A DNA stretch of 24,000 nucleotides from Helcococcus kunzii ATCC 51366 (lineage in GTDB: Bacteria > Bacillota > Clostridia > Tissierellales > Peptoniphilaceae). The first letter of the stretch is position 1, and the number at the start of each line of letters is the position of its first letter. Under the pieces are notes generated by a model. It was not told where the DNA came from, did not search any database, and saw nothing but the letters and a program-made list of their open reading frames with translations. This document shows, one piece after another, positions 1 to 8,968 of this stretch. The stretch spans positions 1,426,535 to 1,450,534 of the forward strand of contig NZ_JH601088.1 of the NCBI RefSeq assembly GCF_000245755.1, written 5' to 3'. The position numbers were made by a program, and so were the translations under genes.

Positions 1-3000
1 TTTAGTCCAGGGATTATACGAATGTTCTTTTTCTTAGCATATGCTAAAATTTCATCCATTTCGCTTTGAGTTAATGCTTTTTCTGCATCTTCAGTCAATC
101 CTTTTCTCTTAGCATAGTTTTGATTTCCTAGTTTTATACCTTCTTTTACTTTTTCACTTTCGTATATTGCTTTATTTGTCTTAATAGTCATGTCATCCAA
201 TAGGAATCTCATGCCATCATTTCCAAATAAAATTTGTAGATGAGTATAACCTTCTTTACTCAATTTATCAATAATATTAATGATATTTTGTTTTGAATAG
301 TATTTTCTACCAGCATCTAAACTCATTATTCTTGAGTTTTTAATTAGTTCATTTTTTTCTGGAACATTTTCATCAGCTACCTTATCATCAACAACTACAA
401 TTGCTCTAGCAGTTAATGATGTGTCATTTGGTAATTTAACTTGAGCCACAGTTCTATAATTTTGTGGTTTTGAACCATCATAATCTTCTTCAAATGACCA
501 TGTTACCTCCACAGTGAATGGTTCACCCTTTGATGGTGTAACTTTTATTGATTTTGGTAATTTAGCTAAAGCTTCTTTTTCGCTTGATCCAAATTTTACA
601 TGAACATTTTCTACAGTTTCAATGTCATAAATAATTCCTTCATCAACTTCTTTTTTATATGAAAGATTTAACACATTACTTACATTTAGATTTTCTAATT
701 TACTTGTGTAGTATAGCTTTCCACTATTGCCTTTAAGTTCTACATCTTTAATAATTGCAACACCTTGATCATTTAACGTTGTTGTAGCGATTGGTTTTGC
801 TTCTTTATTAGTTGTAGGATTTTCTTTATATACATTTAATGTTGCTTTAGCTTCCCCATTTGAGAATGTTAAAGTAAATTTACCATCTTCTTGCTCGAAA
901 GCTTGAGCATTATTCATTGGAACATTAACTGTATCTTCCTTAACTGTTTCATACATACGCCAGTTATAGATACGCACACCACCCCAAGGTGATCCATTAT
1001 CTTTCTTGATAATTTCTAATTTCCAATCTTGAGCTATTATTGGTTTTTCAAAAACACCATCTGTTACATGTTCTCTATTATTTTGTACATGAACTGCTTC
1101 TTTATATTGACCGTCTTTATCTTTATAGTAAATCTTAAATTCTCTCGTATTCATCTTACGGTCATCAACACTTTCACCACCTGCACCAGCATGATCGATA
1201 CCCCAAGATGCAATTGTACGAGGTTTGTCTAATCTAACTTCTGCTTCTGTTTCCCTTGGATAGTACCATTTATCTGCAGTATTATTAATTGTACCAGTAA
1301 GAATGTTTTCTGGTCCTTCAGCATTATATTTTGGTGCATTAAGAATTTTTGCTAAAGGCATAATATTTACTGGTTGTGGTTTAGCTTCAGTAGTATCTGA
1401 GACTTCCATATTCCAATTAAATTTTTCTACTAACTCTTCTGAACGTACGCCATTTTCACCAACTGCCACTACCTTAATATCACTTAAAGTACCATTTGAG
1501 TCAGCATCTCTTTTAACTTTTGGTAAGAATATATAATTTGATGAGCTTGCATTTATGATTTCCCATTTACCATTTAATTTATGATAAACTTCATAAGTTT
1601 TAGCACCTTCCACCTTATCTACATGAATAAGAGCTTCTGCAGCTAATGAACTCATATATGAAACTTTATCTACATATACCTTGCTTGGTTTTGCAGGTTT
1701 ATTTGTATTGTCATAAATAGATAAATGACCAAAGTTAAGTCCAGTCTTATCTTTTTCATTTCCTGTAAGTTTCACACTAATTGCATAAATAGTTTGTCCC
1801 TTTAATGAGGATAAATCTACTTCAACTTCTCCCCATACATTTTTTACTTCAACAGGGAAATATTTAACTTCTTTATAGTCTTTGCTTGTGTGAACGCCCA
1901 ATTCAACTTTTGCATCTCCAGTTTGGTGCATTGCAACTTTAGCTTTTGTTGTTTCAGTCGCTTTTGCTTCCATTGAGTATAGTTGAATTGTTGTATTTTT
2001 ATCTTTAGCAAGTTTTCCTTCAAATTTCAATGATGTACCACCATTGTATGCATCATCAAAATCGTAACGTGCTGTTATTTCATTTCCTTCTTCGTTATTA
2101 ATAATCCAACGCCATGTTGGCATAACATCTTGTACAGAACGTCCATTCCATTCTTCATCTAATGATTTTCTACCATTAATAAACCAGTGACGTCCATGTC
2201 CTGTGTTAAAGTCTGTACTAAATGGTAATGATAAAATCGGTGTCTTATCTGCTACAAATCTTGCAATACCAGACCAAGCTTGTTTATCATCTGCATTTGC
2301 AGGATTATTTGTATGGCCAACCCAGAATTTTTGTTCTTCATTGTGATAATCTTCACCATCTTTTGACATCCCGATAATTGTATCTGGCACGAAAAGACCT
2401 AGTGAAGCTACTGTCTTTTTATCTCCACCTATAAATTCACCTTTTCTTTGGTGAGTTCTATATGCTCCACCTTTTTGAAGTTCAAGACCCATATATGCAT
2501 CAAATCTATCTAGGCCATTTTTTTCAAATTGTTTACCAGGACCTGCAGCATCTCCCCAACTAAAATCTGCAAAGAACATATCACTTGGGAAGTTTCCTTG
2601 TCCATCTGTTTGAAATAATTCTGGATTTCTAGATAGTCTTCCTCCTCCATCGTACCAAATCATTTCAATTGGATAGTTAATAGATTTAGCATATTTCTTT
2701 AAATGCAACAAGAAATCTCTAAATGATTGTGATGTACTTGATTCTTGATTGATAAAGTATCCATCAAAACCGTAATATTTCGCAATTTCAACTAATTTTT
2801 CAGCAACTGGATATGTGCCGTCTTGTCTTTTTTGTAAAACTTTTCTCGCCATATCCCCATTACTTCCCCAGTTAAAGAATATAGTTCCATACATTGGTAC
2901 ACCATTTCTATGAGCTGCGTCAGTAACTTCTGGATTCGGAATCAAACCATCCCAAAATACCATTTTGTCTAATAGTTGCCAATGGTCAAAAGCATACACT

Positions 3001-3386
3001 TTATAGCCTTGACCACCTCCACCAACTGCAGAATGTAGTGGTGAACCAGAGCTTAGATATGCTAATGACATAACTTTTGCATCTGGATTAGCTAATGGGT
3101 TTAACACTGTACCCATATGTCTTTCTTTTAAAGGTACAACTGATTTATGAATTTCATCATAAATATCATCTTGTGGAGTCCAATTAATAATTTTATCTAA
3201 ATCGATTTTCTTATCTCTTGGACGAATAGATACAGCTTGCTTTGAAACCTCCGCCTCAGTTGGAATGCTCTTTTTCACATTCACCACTTCTTCTTGACTA
3301 TTTTCAGCATGAACCGATGTATTATTAAACGGCATTGAGCTGAAAACTAAAATAAATGCCAATAAAAAACTTATAATTTTTTTCAT
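1..3386 (-). CDS. Secreted multidomain N-glycan glycosidase whose C-terminus runs off the window: signal peptide + GH85 endo-beta-N-acetylglucosaminidase (EndoD-like) + beta-sandwich/F5-F8-type-C-like modules + start of a GH20 beta-N-acetylhexosaminidase (StrH-like) domain
   Basis: The ORF is absent from the ORF track because it has no stop inside the window. Hand translation of the minus strand from ATG 3386..3384 (RBS AAGGAGG at 3397..3391) stays open to position 3. The N-terminus MKKIISFLLAFILVFSSMPFNNTSVHA/EN reads as a signal peptide. AKYYGFDGYFINQES (codon GCG at 2783..2781, in frame with 3386) matches the GH85 catalytic N-x-E region. WYYPRETEAEVRLDKPRTIASWGIDHAGAGG...NTREFKIYYKDKDG looks discoidin/CBM32-like. 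The last ~110 codons (SLDAGRKYYS..GYTHLQILFGNDGMRFLLDDMTIKTN..LTQSEMDEILAYAKKKNIRIIPGL) resemble the start of the StrH-type GH20 catalytic domain. Confidence 0.85.
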   Translation of the reverse strand, partial: MKKIISFLLAFILVFSSMPFNNTSVHAENSQEEVVNVKKSIPTEAEVSKQAVSIRPRDKKIDLDKIINWTPQDDIYDEIHKSVVPLKERHMGTVLNPLANPDAKVMSLAYLSSGSPLHSAVGGGGQGYKVYAFDHWQLLDKMVFWDGLIPNPEVTDAAHRNGVPMYGTIFFNWGSNGDMARKVLQKRQDGTYPVAEKLVEIAKYYGFDGYFINQESSTSQSFRDFLLHLKKYAKSINYPIEMIWYDGGGRLSRNPELFQTDGQGNFPSDMFFADFSWGDAAGPGKQFEKNGLDRFDAYMGLELQKGGAYRTHQRKGEFIGGDKKTVASLGLFVPDTIIGMSKDGEDYHNEEQKFWVGHTNNPANADDKQAWSGIARFVADKTPILSLPFSTDFNTGHGRHWFINGRKSLDEEWNGRSVQDVMPTWRWIINNEEGNEITARYDFDDAYNGGTSLKFEGKLAKDKNTTIQLYSMEAKATETTKAKVAMHQTGDAKVELGVHTSKDYKEVKYFPVEVKNVWGEVEVDLSSLKGQTIYAISVKLTGNEKDKTGLNFGHLSIYDNTNKPAKPSKVYVDKVSYMSSLAAEALIHVDKVEGAKTYEVYHKLNGKWEIINASSSNYIFLPKVKRDADSNGTLSDIKVVAVGENGVRSEELVEKFNWNMEVSDTTEAKPQPVNIMPLAKILNAPKYNAEGPENILTGTINNTADKWYYPRETEAEVRLDKPRTIASWGIDHAGAGGESVDDRKMNTREFKIYYKDKDGQYKEAVHVQNNREHVTDGVFEKPIIAQDWKLEIIKKDNGSPWGGVRIYNWRMYETVKEDTVNVPMNNAQAFEQEDGKFTLTFSNGEAKATLNVYKENPTTNKEAKPIATTTLNDQGVAIIKDVELKGNSGKLYYTSKLENLNVSNVLNLSYKKEVDEGIIYDIETVENVHVKFGSSEKEALAKLPKSIKVTPSKGEPFTVEVTWSFEEDYDGSKPQNYRTVAQVKLPNDTSLTARAIVVVDDKVADENVPEKNELIKNSRIMSLDAGRKYYSKQNIINIIDKLSKEGYTHLQILFGNDGMRFLLDDMTIKTNKAIYESEKVKEGIKLGNQNYAKRKGLTEDAEKALTQSEMDEILAYAKKKNIRIIPGL

Positions 3387-3413
3387 TGTTCCTCCTTATA
3401 TATTTTTACAATT

Positions 3414-3442
3414 ATTATATTACTTTTATTCACCGATGACAA
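3414..3442 (-). promoter_or_regulatory. Sigma-A-type promoter of the GH85/GH20 gene
   Basis: On the minus strand: -35 TTGTCA (3442..3437), a 17-nt spacer, and a consensus -10 TATAAT (3419..3414). There are 27 nt between the -10 and the ATG, and they contain the RBS. Confidence 0.6.
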
Positions 3443-3492
3443 CGTATTACATTGATGTGAAATTGATTATTTATAACAAAACGTTAGATTTG

Positions 3493-3511
3493 TAACACTT
3501 ATAGAGTGTTA
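3493..3511. promoter_or_regulatory. Perfect 7-bp inverted repeat TAACACT-N5-AGTGTTA upstream of the GH85 promoter (candidate operator)
   Basis: Arms at 3493-3499 and 3505-3511 are exact reverse complements, about 50 bp upstream of the -35. No T-tract follows on either strand, so this is not a terminator. Confidence 0.25.
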
Positions 3512-3593
3512 ATATACATGAAAAAGATTGTATTTCTTGATTATTATGCATTGAAACGGTTTCATAGAAAATGTTTTCAACTATTAACTTTTG

Positions 3594-3646
3594 CATAAAA
3601 AAATTGTTCTTCTCAAATTTAGAAAAACAAATTCAAGAAGAACAAT
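3594..3646 (-). terminator. Rho-independent terminator after the PAP2-like gene
   Basis: A 10-bp perfect stem, ATTGTTCTTC (3603-3612) / GAAGAACAAT (3637-3646). On the minus strand it is followed by TTTTTTT (complement of 3594-3600). It lies 10 nt downstream of the stop at 3657. Confidence 0.6.
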
Positions 3647-3656
3647 ATATTCTCAT

Positions 3657-4316
3657 TTATTTTATTAACTTTTTAGAAAAATATTCTACTAAAAAATATA
3701 TTATTGTCGCGTGCACCATTCCCGCTACAATGTCTAAAACTACATGTTGTTTAACCAAAACAGTTGTTAATGCTATTAGTGCTAAATAACTTATCATAAG
3801 AATTTTGCTTGATCTTCTATATTTTAATTTTGAAAAATAGAAAATACTTAACAACATATGCGCAACATGTAAAGATGGTGCTCCGGAATAGGAATTATCA
3901 ACACTATAGGTTATTTTGACCAAATTTGAGAAAATATCATCTCCTAATAAATTTGTATCATATCTTGGTACAAATGTTTGAAAATTTATATAGATGACAT
4001 AGGCTATAGTCTGTGATGCAAATAGAGCTATGACAAATTTCTTATATTCCTTCTCATTTTCTATTAAAAGTAATACACCAATCAAAACTATCATAACAGC
4101 AAATGTGTGATATACAATAATAAGTTCTTTTATCATGGGTATCATATCATCAAAAGCAATCTTGATATTTCTAACATTTCCAAAAGGTCGATTGAAAAGT
4201 TCAAATGTAAATATTGAATACAGTGTAAATAGCAAAATCCAGATAACTTTTTTATTTTTAAAAGCGTTAAATATTTTTTGAATGTTTATCTTACTAAAGA
4301 TTTTGTTGTTTCCCAT
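3657..4316 (-). CDS. Polytopic membrane protein of the PAP2 superfamily, PAP2_3 / Aur1-Ipt1-like (phospho-headgroup transferase or lipid phosphatase)
   Basis: 219 aa and multi-TM. Motifs GAPSLHVAHML and LVKQHVVLDIVAGM fit the PSxH and HxxxD(V/I)xxG blocks of the PAP2_3/sphingomyelin-synthase-like branch. The start overlaps the upstream gene by 31 nt. Confidence 0.55.
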   Translation of the reverse strand: MGNNKIFSKINIQKIFNAFKNKKVIWILLFTLYSIFTFELFNRPFGNVRNIKIAFDDMIPMIKELIIVYHTFAVMIVLIGVLLLIENEKEYKKFVIALFASQTIAYVIYINFQTFVPRYDTNLLGDDIFSNLVKITYSVDNSYSGAPSLHVAHMLLSIFYFSKLKYRRSSKILMISYLALIALTTVLVKQHVVLDIVAGMVHATIIYFLVEYFSKKLIK

Positions 4317-5053
4317 GTATTCATCTTTCTATCTTTTAATGTAAATATTTTATATAAAACAAATGTGCCAACATTAAATAATAAAACTAATGTCATGGCA
4401 TGTAAAATACGGGAATCAAACAGAGGCATTCCCCCAGGCATAGCAATCATGTACCCGTAATTTATACGTGAATATATTGGCTTTAGAATAAAATTAACGC
4501 ATATTAATAATAGATTAAAAATATTTGTGAAAACTAAAACATTTCTTAAATCTTTTTTGTTTAATGACACATTTTCTACAAATAATAAATCTGCAACCAC
4601 CCATCCTAGTATCAAATGAACGATAAAGAATTGGAAATTTGTATAATGTGGGAAGTTATATGCGTATAAATCTGGCATGGTAAGTGCAAATAGACTTCCG
4701 AAAAATCCCCAAAATATTGTCATTACTTTGAAGAACTTAATTTTTGTAAATACTGCAAAAATCAAGAAAAATACCGCGATTCTACAATGATACAAAGGTA
4801 GACTCATATCAAATGAAAATCTACCAGATCCAAATTGCCATAAATACAAAACGATCTGGTCGACAAGTATGATTGATGCAAATATCTTTAGTAACTTTTT
4901 GTTTGTTGACGCAATATTTAGATTGAATTTTTTATTGATTATTAAATATGCAACAGTTAAAAATGCAATTAATATCACTATATGAAGCATACCGTATTTA
5001 TCAAATACGAATCCATCTTCTTTCCCTCTAAAAAAATATTTCATAAATTCCAT
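4286..5053 (-). CDS. Integral membrane protein (about 7 TM), family uncertain (possibly YwaF/TIGR02206-like)
   Basis: A 255-aa ORF that is strongly hydrophobic and periodic throughout. I found no catalytic motif I can name. It is co-directional with its neighbours and overlaps the next gene. Confidence 0.5.
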   Translation of the reverse strand: MEFMKYFFRGKEDGFVFDKYGMLHIVILIAFLTVAYLIINKKFNLNIASTNKKLLKIFASIILVDQIVLYLWQFGSGRFSFDMSLPLYHCRIAVFFLIFAVFTKIKFFKVMTIFWGFFGSLFALTMPDLYAYNFPHYTNFQFFIVHLILGWVVADLLFVENVSLNKKDLRNVLVFTNIFNLLLICVNFILKPIYSRINYGYMIAMPGGMPLFDSRILHAMTLVLLFNVGTFVLYKIFTLKDRKMNTWETTKSLVR

Positions 5054-5169
5054 AATTTTCTCTTTTCCTATCTAATTTAAATCGTATATTATTAAAAATT
5101 TTAATATACTTATATTAATGATTTTAGAAAAAAGTGCAATATTTAATCCTATTTAAATGTTAAAAATTT

Positions 5170-5225
5170 ATTAAGAAAATATTAAAACTAGATAAAATAC
5201 ACGAATTTCGTCTATTTATCTAGTT
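5170..5225 (-). terminator. Rho-independent terminator after the ABC/GDPD operon
   Basis: An 11-bp perfect stem, AACTAGATAAA (5186-5196) / TTTATCTAGTT (5215-5225), with an inner ACG..CGT helix. On the minus strand it is followed by TTTAATATTTTCTT. It begins 13 nt downstream of the GDPD stop (5239). Confidence 0.6.
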
Positions 5226-5238
5226 CTAAAAATATTAT

Positions 5239-6078
5239 TTATTTTTTATATTTTAAGTTTCTAAATTCATCTATGAAATTAGGCCAATCGGTTTGTATAC
5301 AATTCGCTCCCAGTTCAAGCATTTTACCCCATACAGCTTCTTCATTTCCTAAAATGGCCTCATCGTCTGATAAATTTAGAAATAAATTAAATCCCTTACC
5401 TAAAGTCTCCGAATTTATCATACGTAATTGAAAATCAAATAATTTAGAATTTGAAGAAAGATTATATAAATCACTATCTTTCCCAGTGATTATCATCTCT
5501 GCCCCAACTAAATTATAGTAATCAAATTGTAAAACTCTCTCAAAATCATCTTCGGAATAAATTATTGGGAAATAATATAAAGGTCGCTTAAAATTTTTTA
5601 ATTTTTCCAAATACAAAATATTTGCACTTGATTTGAAAAGTAAATTCTCTGTCTTTCCACAATTATCAATTATATCGATAAACGCTTCATCATCCCAATA
5701 GTTCCAAGATCTATCTATATTGACTAAAGCATTATCAGGAATCCATTCCAAGTATTCTTCAAGTGTATTAATTTTCTTTCCACTAAGAGTCCCAATAGTA
5801 TTATAAAATTCTAAATTATCTATTTCATGTGAAGAAAGTTCAGAGAAATTTTTATCTATATTAAAAAGTTGTTTCTCATTTCCATCATGAAAAATATAAT
5901 ATTTTCCATCACTTGACCTACAAACATCTATTTCAACAATATCCACGCCGGCTTTGAGCGCTAGTTTAGAAGATTCTATAGTATTTTGAATGATATTAGC
6001 TCCATAAAAACCTCTATGACAAGCTATCAAAAGACTGTTATTTTTCAGCTTTTCTTCCAATAATCTGTTTTTCATCAC
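5239..6078 (-). CDS. Cytoplasmic glycerophosphodiester phosphodiesterase (GDPD family)
   Basis: ACHRGFYGANIIQNTIESSKLALKAGVDIVEIDVCRSSDGKYYIFHD fits the HRG...(E)NT...ExD...HD GDPD signature, with Q in place of the usual E of 'ENT'. There is no signal peptide. The start ATG overlaps the permease stop (ATGA at 6078-6075), and the RBS is GGAG. Confidence 0.75.
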   Translation of the reverse strand: MMKNRLLEEKLKNNSLLIACHRGFYGANIIQNTIESSKLALKAGVDIVEIDVCRSSDGKYYIFHDGNEKQLFNIDKNFSELSSHEIDNLEFYNTIGTLSGKKINTLEEYLEWIPDNALVNIDRSWNYWDDEAFIDIIDNCGKTENLLFKSSANILYLEKLKNFKRPLYYFPIIYSEDDFERVLQFDYYNLVGAEMIITGKDSDLYNLSSNSKLFDFQLRMINSETLGKGFNLFLNLSDDEAILGNEEAVWGKMLELGANCIQTDWPNFIDEFRNLKYKK

Positions 6079-7838
6079 ATCTCCATTTTTTGAATAACTT
6101 CATTCTCATCAATTTTACTTATTTTATTTTTCTTCTTTCTATCAAATCCTCTACCATAAACTAAGTACATTACTATAGTACTGATAATCATCAATACAAC
6201 AGAATACACCAAGTTTATCGCTCTGGCATCAACACTAGCCATAGGATCGGCATTTTTCCTAATCATTATCCCCAAAGTTTCAGCAGTTGGATGATATAGA
6301 AATGCTGATAAATCATAATCTACCAATAATCCATTAAAATTCAATGCAAACAATGCTAGCGCTGTAGGTAATATTACAGGCACAATTACTTTTACTAAAG
6401 TCCTAAAACTGGATGCACCTAGGTTTCGTGAAGCATTTTCCAAATTCGGATCTAATGAAAGCAATGAACTTTTGATATATCTCAATGTTGATGGCATTGT
6501 GTTTATGATATACGCAATTAACAGGATAACAAGCGAACCGACAAGCACATTGTTAAATAGCCATGGCCATCCTTGGCTATATCCAAGTATTAAACCTAAA
6601 GCAATAAATAAGCTTGGCACCAACCATGGTATATAAAAGGCATATTCTAAGATTAATGCAATTCTTGTTTTATATTTTGTCACAATCCACGCAACAACTA
6701 TCATTAAAAATACTGTTGTAAAGGAAGCCAAACCAGAATAAATCACTGAAGTAATGAATGTTTTTAACACGGAAGCATCCCCCAACACCTTGGCATAATT
6801 TTCAAAAGTAAACTTACTTAAATCAATCACACCTTTTGCAATCTGAGTATATGGCATAAATGAAAATAGCACAACCATAAATATTGGCAGTGAATAAATC
6901 ACAAATAGTAACCAAGCCAAGATATGGACTATTGTGTTTACAAGCGGATTGTGAATTTTTACCTTCTCAATTTTTGTTTTAGTTTTTGAAATGGATAAAT
7001 AACTACCTCTTCTTTCATTTCTCGTCATTATCATTAATAATATCATTTGAGAAATACCTAAAAGTAAAGCCAATACCGCCGCAATATCTCTTGAAGATAC
7101 ACGTTTCGCAAAATCAAGTATCAAAGGTGAGATTGTCCTAAATCCTTCACCACCAACCATTAGTGGAGCAGCCATAGCACCTAAACCTGTTTGAAACGCC
7201 ATAACTGTTAATGTTGTAAGTGTTGGTTTAAATTGAGGAAGTACCACTTTTGTAAGAATGGTCCACTGATCAGCACCCAGATTTTCAGCCGCTTGTATTG
7301 TTTGAAAATCTATTGATTTAACAGCATTTCTAAAAAACAGCATATGATTTGATGTACATGCAAATGTCATAACAAAAATAACCGCCGGGGCGCCAATAAA
7401 CCAGCCTTTATTGAAATTTGGTATTATGCCATTAAGCATATTTGTCACAATTCCATTTTGTCCATAAACTAGTAAATATCCGTTATTTAGTAAAATACCT
7501 CCAAACACCAAGGTAGACATAAAAGCTATTCTTAATATTTTCGCTCCCCAAACTTTATAATATTCGGTTATTAAAACGATAAATATTCCTACAATATTTA
7601 CAGTAAAACTTAGCACTATACCAATCATAAAGGAATTAGTAATCCCTGTAAGAGCACGTTTTGATTTACTTACTTTTTCTATTGCTCTAGTAGATATGCT
7701 ACCATCTTTTACGAATGTTTCACGCAGTACAGACAAATTCGGCCAGATTAAAAATGAAAAAATTAACCAAGCAAAAAATATTAAAATTAATATTAATCCA
7801 AAGTTTAATTTCTTTCCTTTTCTAAATTTACTCCACAT
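6075..7838 (-). CDS. ABC importer permease, fused double-domain (12-TM) FbpB/ThiP/AfuB type
   Basis: Two EAA-loop regions (AENLGADQWTILTKVVLPQFKP and SRNLGASSFRTLVKVIVPVILP) indicate two BPD-type permease domains. I moved the start to ATG 7838 (MWSKFRKGKK), which is preceded by AAAAGGGGAGG. This start overlaps the ATPase stop by 11 nt. Confidence 0.8.
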   Translation of the reverse strand: MWSKFRKGKKLNFGLILILIFFAWLIFSFLIWPNLSVLRETFVKDGSISTRAIEKVSKSKRALTGITNSFMIGIVLSFTVNIVGIFIVLITEYYKVWGAKILRIAFMSTLVFGGILLNNGYLLVYGQNGIVTNMLNGIIPNFNKGWFIGAPAVIFVMTFACTSNHMLFFRNAVKSIDFQTIQAAENLGADQWTILTKVVLPQFKPTLTTLTVMAFQTGLGAMAAPLMVGGEGFRTISPLILDFAKRVSSRDIAAVLALLLGISQMILLMIMTRNERRGSYLSISKTKTKIEKVKIHNPLVNTIVHILAWLLFVIYSLPIFMVVLFSFMPYTQIAKGVIDLSKFTFENYAKVLGDASVLKTFITSVIYSGLASFTTVFLMIVVAWIVTKYKTRIALILEYAFYIPWLVPSLFIALGLILGYSQGWPWLFNNVLVGSLVILLIAYIINTMPSTLRYIKSSLLSLDPNLENASRNLGASSFRTLVKVIVPVILPTALALFALNFNGLLVDYDLSAFLYHPTAETLGIMIRKNADPMASVDARAINLVYSVVLMIISTIVMYLVYGRGFDRKKKNKISKIDENEVIQKMEM

Positions 7839-8871
7839 TGTATAACCTCCCCTTTTCATCATATTGAAGAATATTTTTAGGAGATATTGCGACATTTACC
7901 TTATCACCTATTTCAAAATAGTTTTTACCCCCTTCTTTCTCTAATGATTTGAATTCAAGATTATTAAATTTAAGTGTATAAATGGATGTAGTACCTGAAT
8001 AGGTCCTATCTATAACTTCAACAGGAATCTCGATTTGCCCTTCTTTTAATTCATTATAGAAGTTTTTAATTTTTTCTATTCTGATATAGGATTTTGCATT
8101 TTCATTTAGATTGCAATTTCCTAATCTGTTAATTTCTCTTATAAAATCACTACTCAAAAGATTTGCATCCCCAATAAAATTACATACAAATTCTGTTTTA
8201 GGTTTTTCATAAATATCTCTTGGAGTACCTATTTGCTCAATATATCCATTATTGAAAACCGCTATTTTATCCGATAAACTAAGTGCTTCCTCTTGGTCAT
8301 GAGTTACATAAACTGAGGTCATTCCAGCATCTCGTTGTATTTTTTTAAGCTCATTTCTTAATTGTTTTCTTAGTTTCGCATCTAAATTTGATAAAGGCTC
8401 ATCAAGCAGCATAGTTTCTGGTTCTTTTGCTAGAGCTCTAGCAATAGCAACTCTTTGTTGTTGCCCTCCTGAAAGTTCTGAAACATTTCTATTTAATTGC
8501 TCATCATTCAAATTTACTAGTCTCGCCAAATAATCAATTCTTTCCTTAATCTTTTCTTTACTAGCTTTAGCAACTTTCAAACCGAATACAATATTTTCAT
8601 AAGATGTCATTGTTTGAAATAACGCATAAGATTGAAATACCATTCCTAAGTCTCTTTTTTCTACAGCTTTATATGTTATATCTTCTCCAGCTAAAATTAT
8701 TTGACCTTTTGAAGGCGTCTTAAAACCAGCAATTGATTTTAATACTGTAGACTTCCCACATCCCGAAGGTCCTAAAAGGGTGAAAAACTCTCCCTTTTCT
8801 ACCTTAAAACTTATATCATCAACTGCAATAAAATCTCCATATTTTACTTGTACATTTTTTAGTTCTAACAT
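7828..8871 (-). CDS. ABC transporter ATP-binding protein (PotA/FbpC-like, with C-terminal TOBE-like extension)
   Basis: Walker A GPSGCGKST, signature LSGGQQQRVAIARAL, Walker B MLLDEPLSNLD and H-loop VYVTHDQ are all present. I moved the start to ATG 8871 (MLELKNVQVKY), which has the RBS AGAGGGGAA. Confidence 0.9.
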   Translation of the reverse strand: MLELKNVQVKYGDFIAVDDISFKVEKGEFFTLLGPSGCGKSTVLKSIAGFKTPSKGQIILAGEDITYKAVEKRDLGMVFQSYALFQTMTSYENIVFGLKVAKASKEKIKERIDYLARLVNLNDEQLNRNVSELSGGQQQRVAIARALAKEPETMLLDEPLSNLDAKLRKQLRNELKKIQRDAGMTSVYVTHDQEEALSLSDKIAVFNNGYIEQIGTPRDIYEKPKTEFVCNFIGDANLLSSDFIREINRLGNCNLNENAKSYIRIEKIKNFYNELKEGQIEIPVEVIDRTYSGTTSIYTLKFNNLEFKSLEKEGGKNYFEIGDKVNVAISPKNILQYDEKGRLYNVE

Positions 8872-8968
8872 AATTCCCCTCTTTGAAAAAGGCTGAGCAA
8901 ATGCCCAGCCTATGATTTTACACAATTTATACTCAAGACAGCTCTTCTATAAATTGTTTATTTATATT

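Noticed and set aside
1029-1536. Track ORFs 1029-1232 and 1303-1536 (+) as the only annotated coding potential in the first 3.4 kb
   Set aside because: Both are antisense to the long uninterrupted minus-strand frame (1-3386), which has a signal peptide and GH85/GH20 motifs. The track omitted that frame only because it lacks an in-window stop.
3552-3564. TGAAAC-G-GTTTCA palindrome as a CcpA cre site upstream of the GH85 gene
   Set aside because: The left half fits cre (TGWAANCG...), but the palindrome is 13 nt, not 14. As a result, the central CG and the right half fall out of register with the WTGNAANCGNWNNCW consensus. It also lies more than 100 bp upstream of the -35. It may bind something else, but I cannot call it cre.
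7839-7895. Longer N-terminal extensions given in the ORF track for the permease (7895), ATPase (8925), SBP (10114), EIIB (19876), M42 paralog (17589, TTG), regulator (21946, TTG) and DUF2207 (10395, GTG)
   Set aside because: In each case an internal ATG is preceded at 5-9 nt by a strong GGAGG-type RBS and yields the expected family N-terminus (signal peptide, MLELKNV..., MKKFYLFC..., and so on). The upstream extensions lack an RBS or include the RBS itself.
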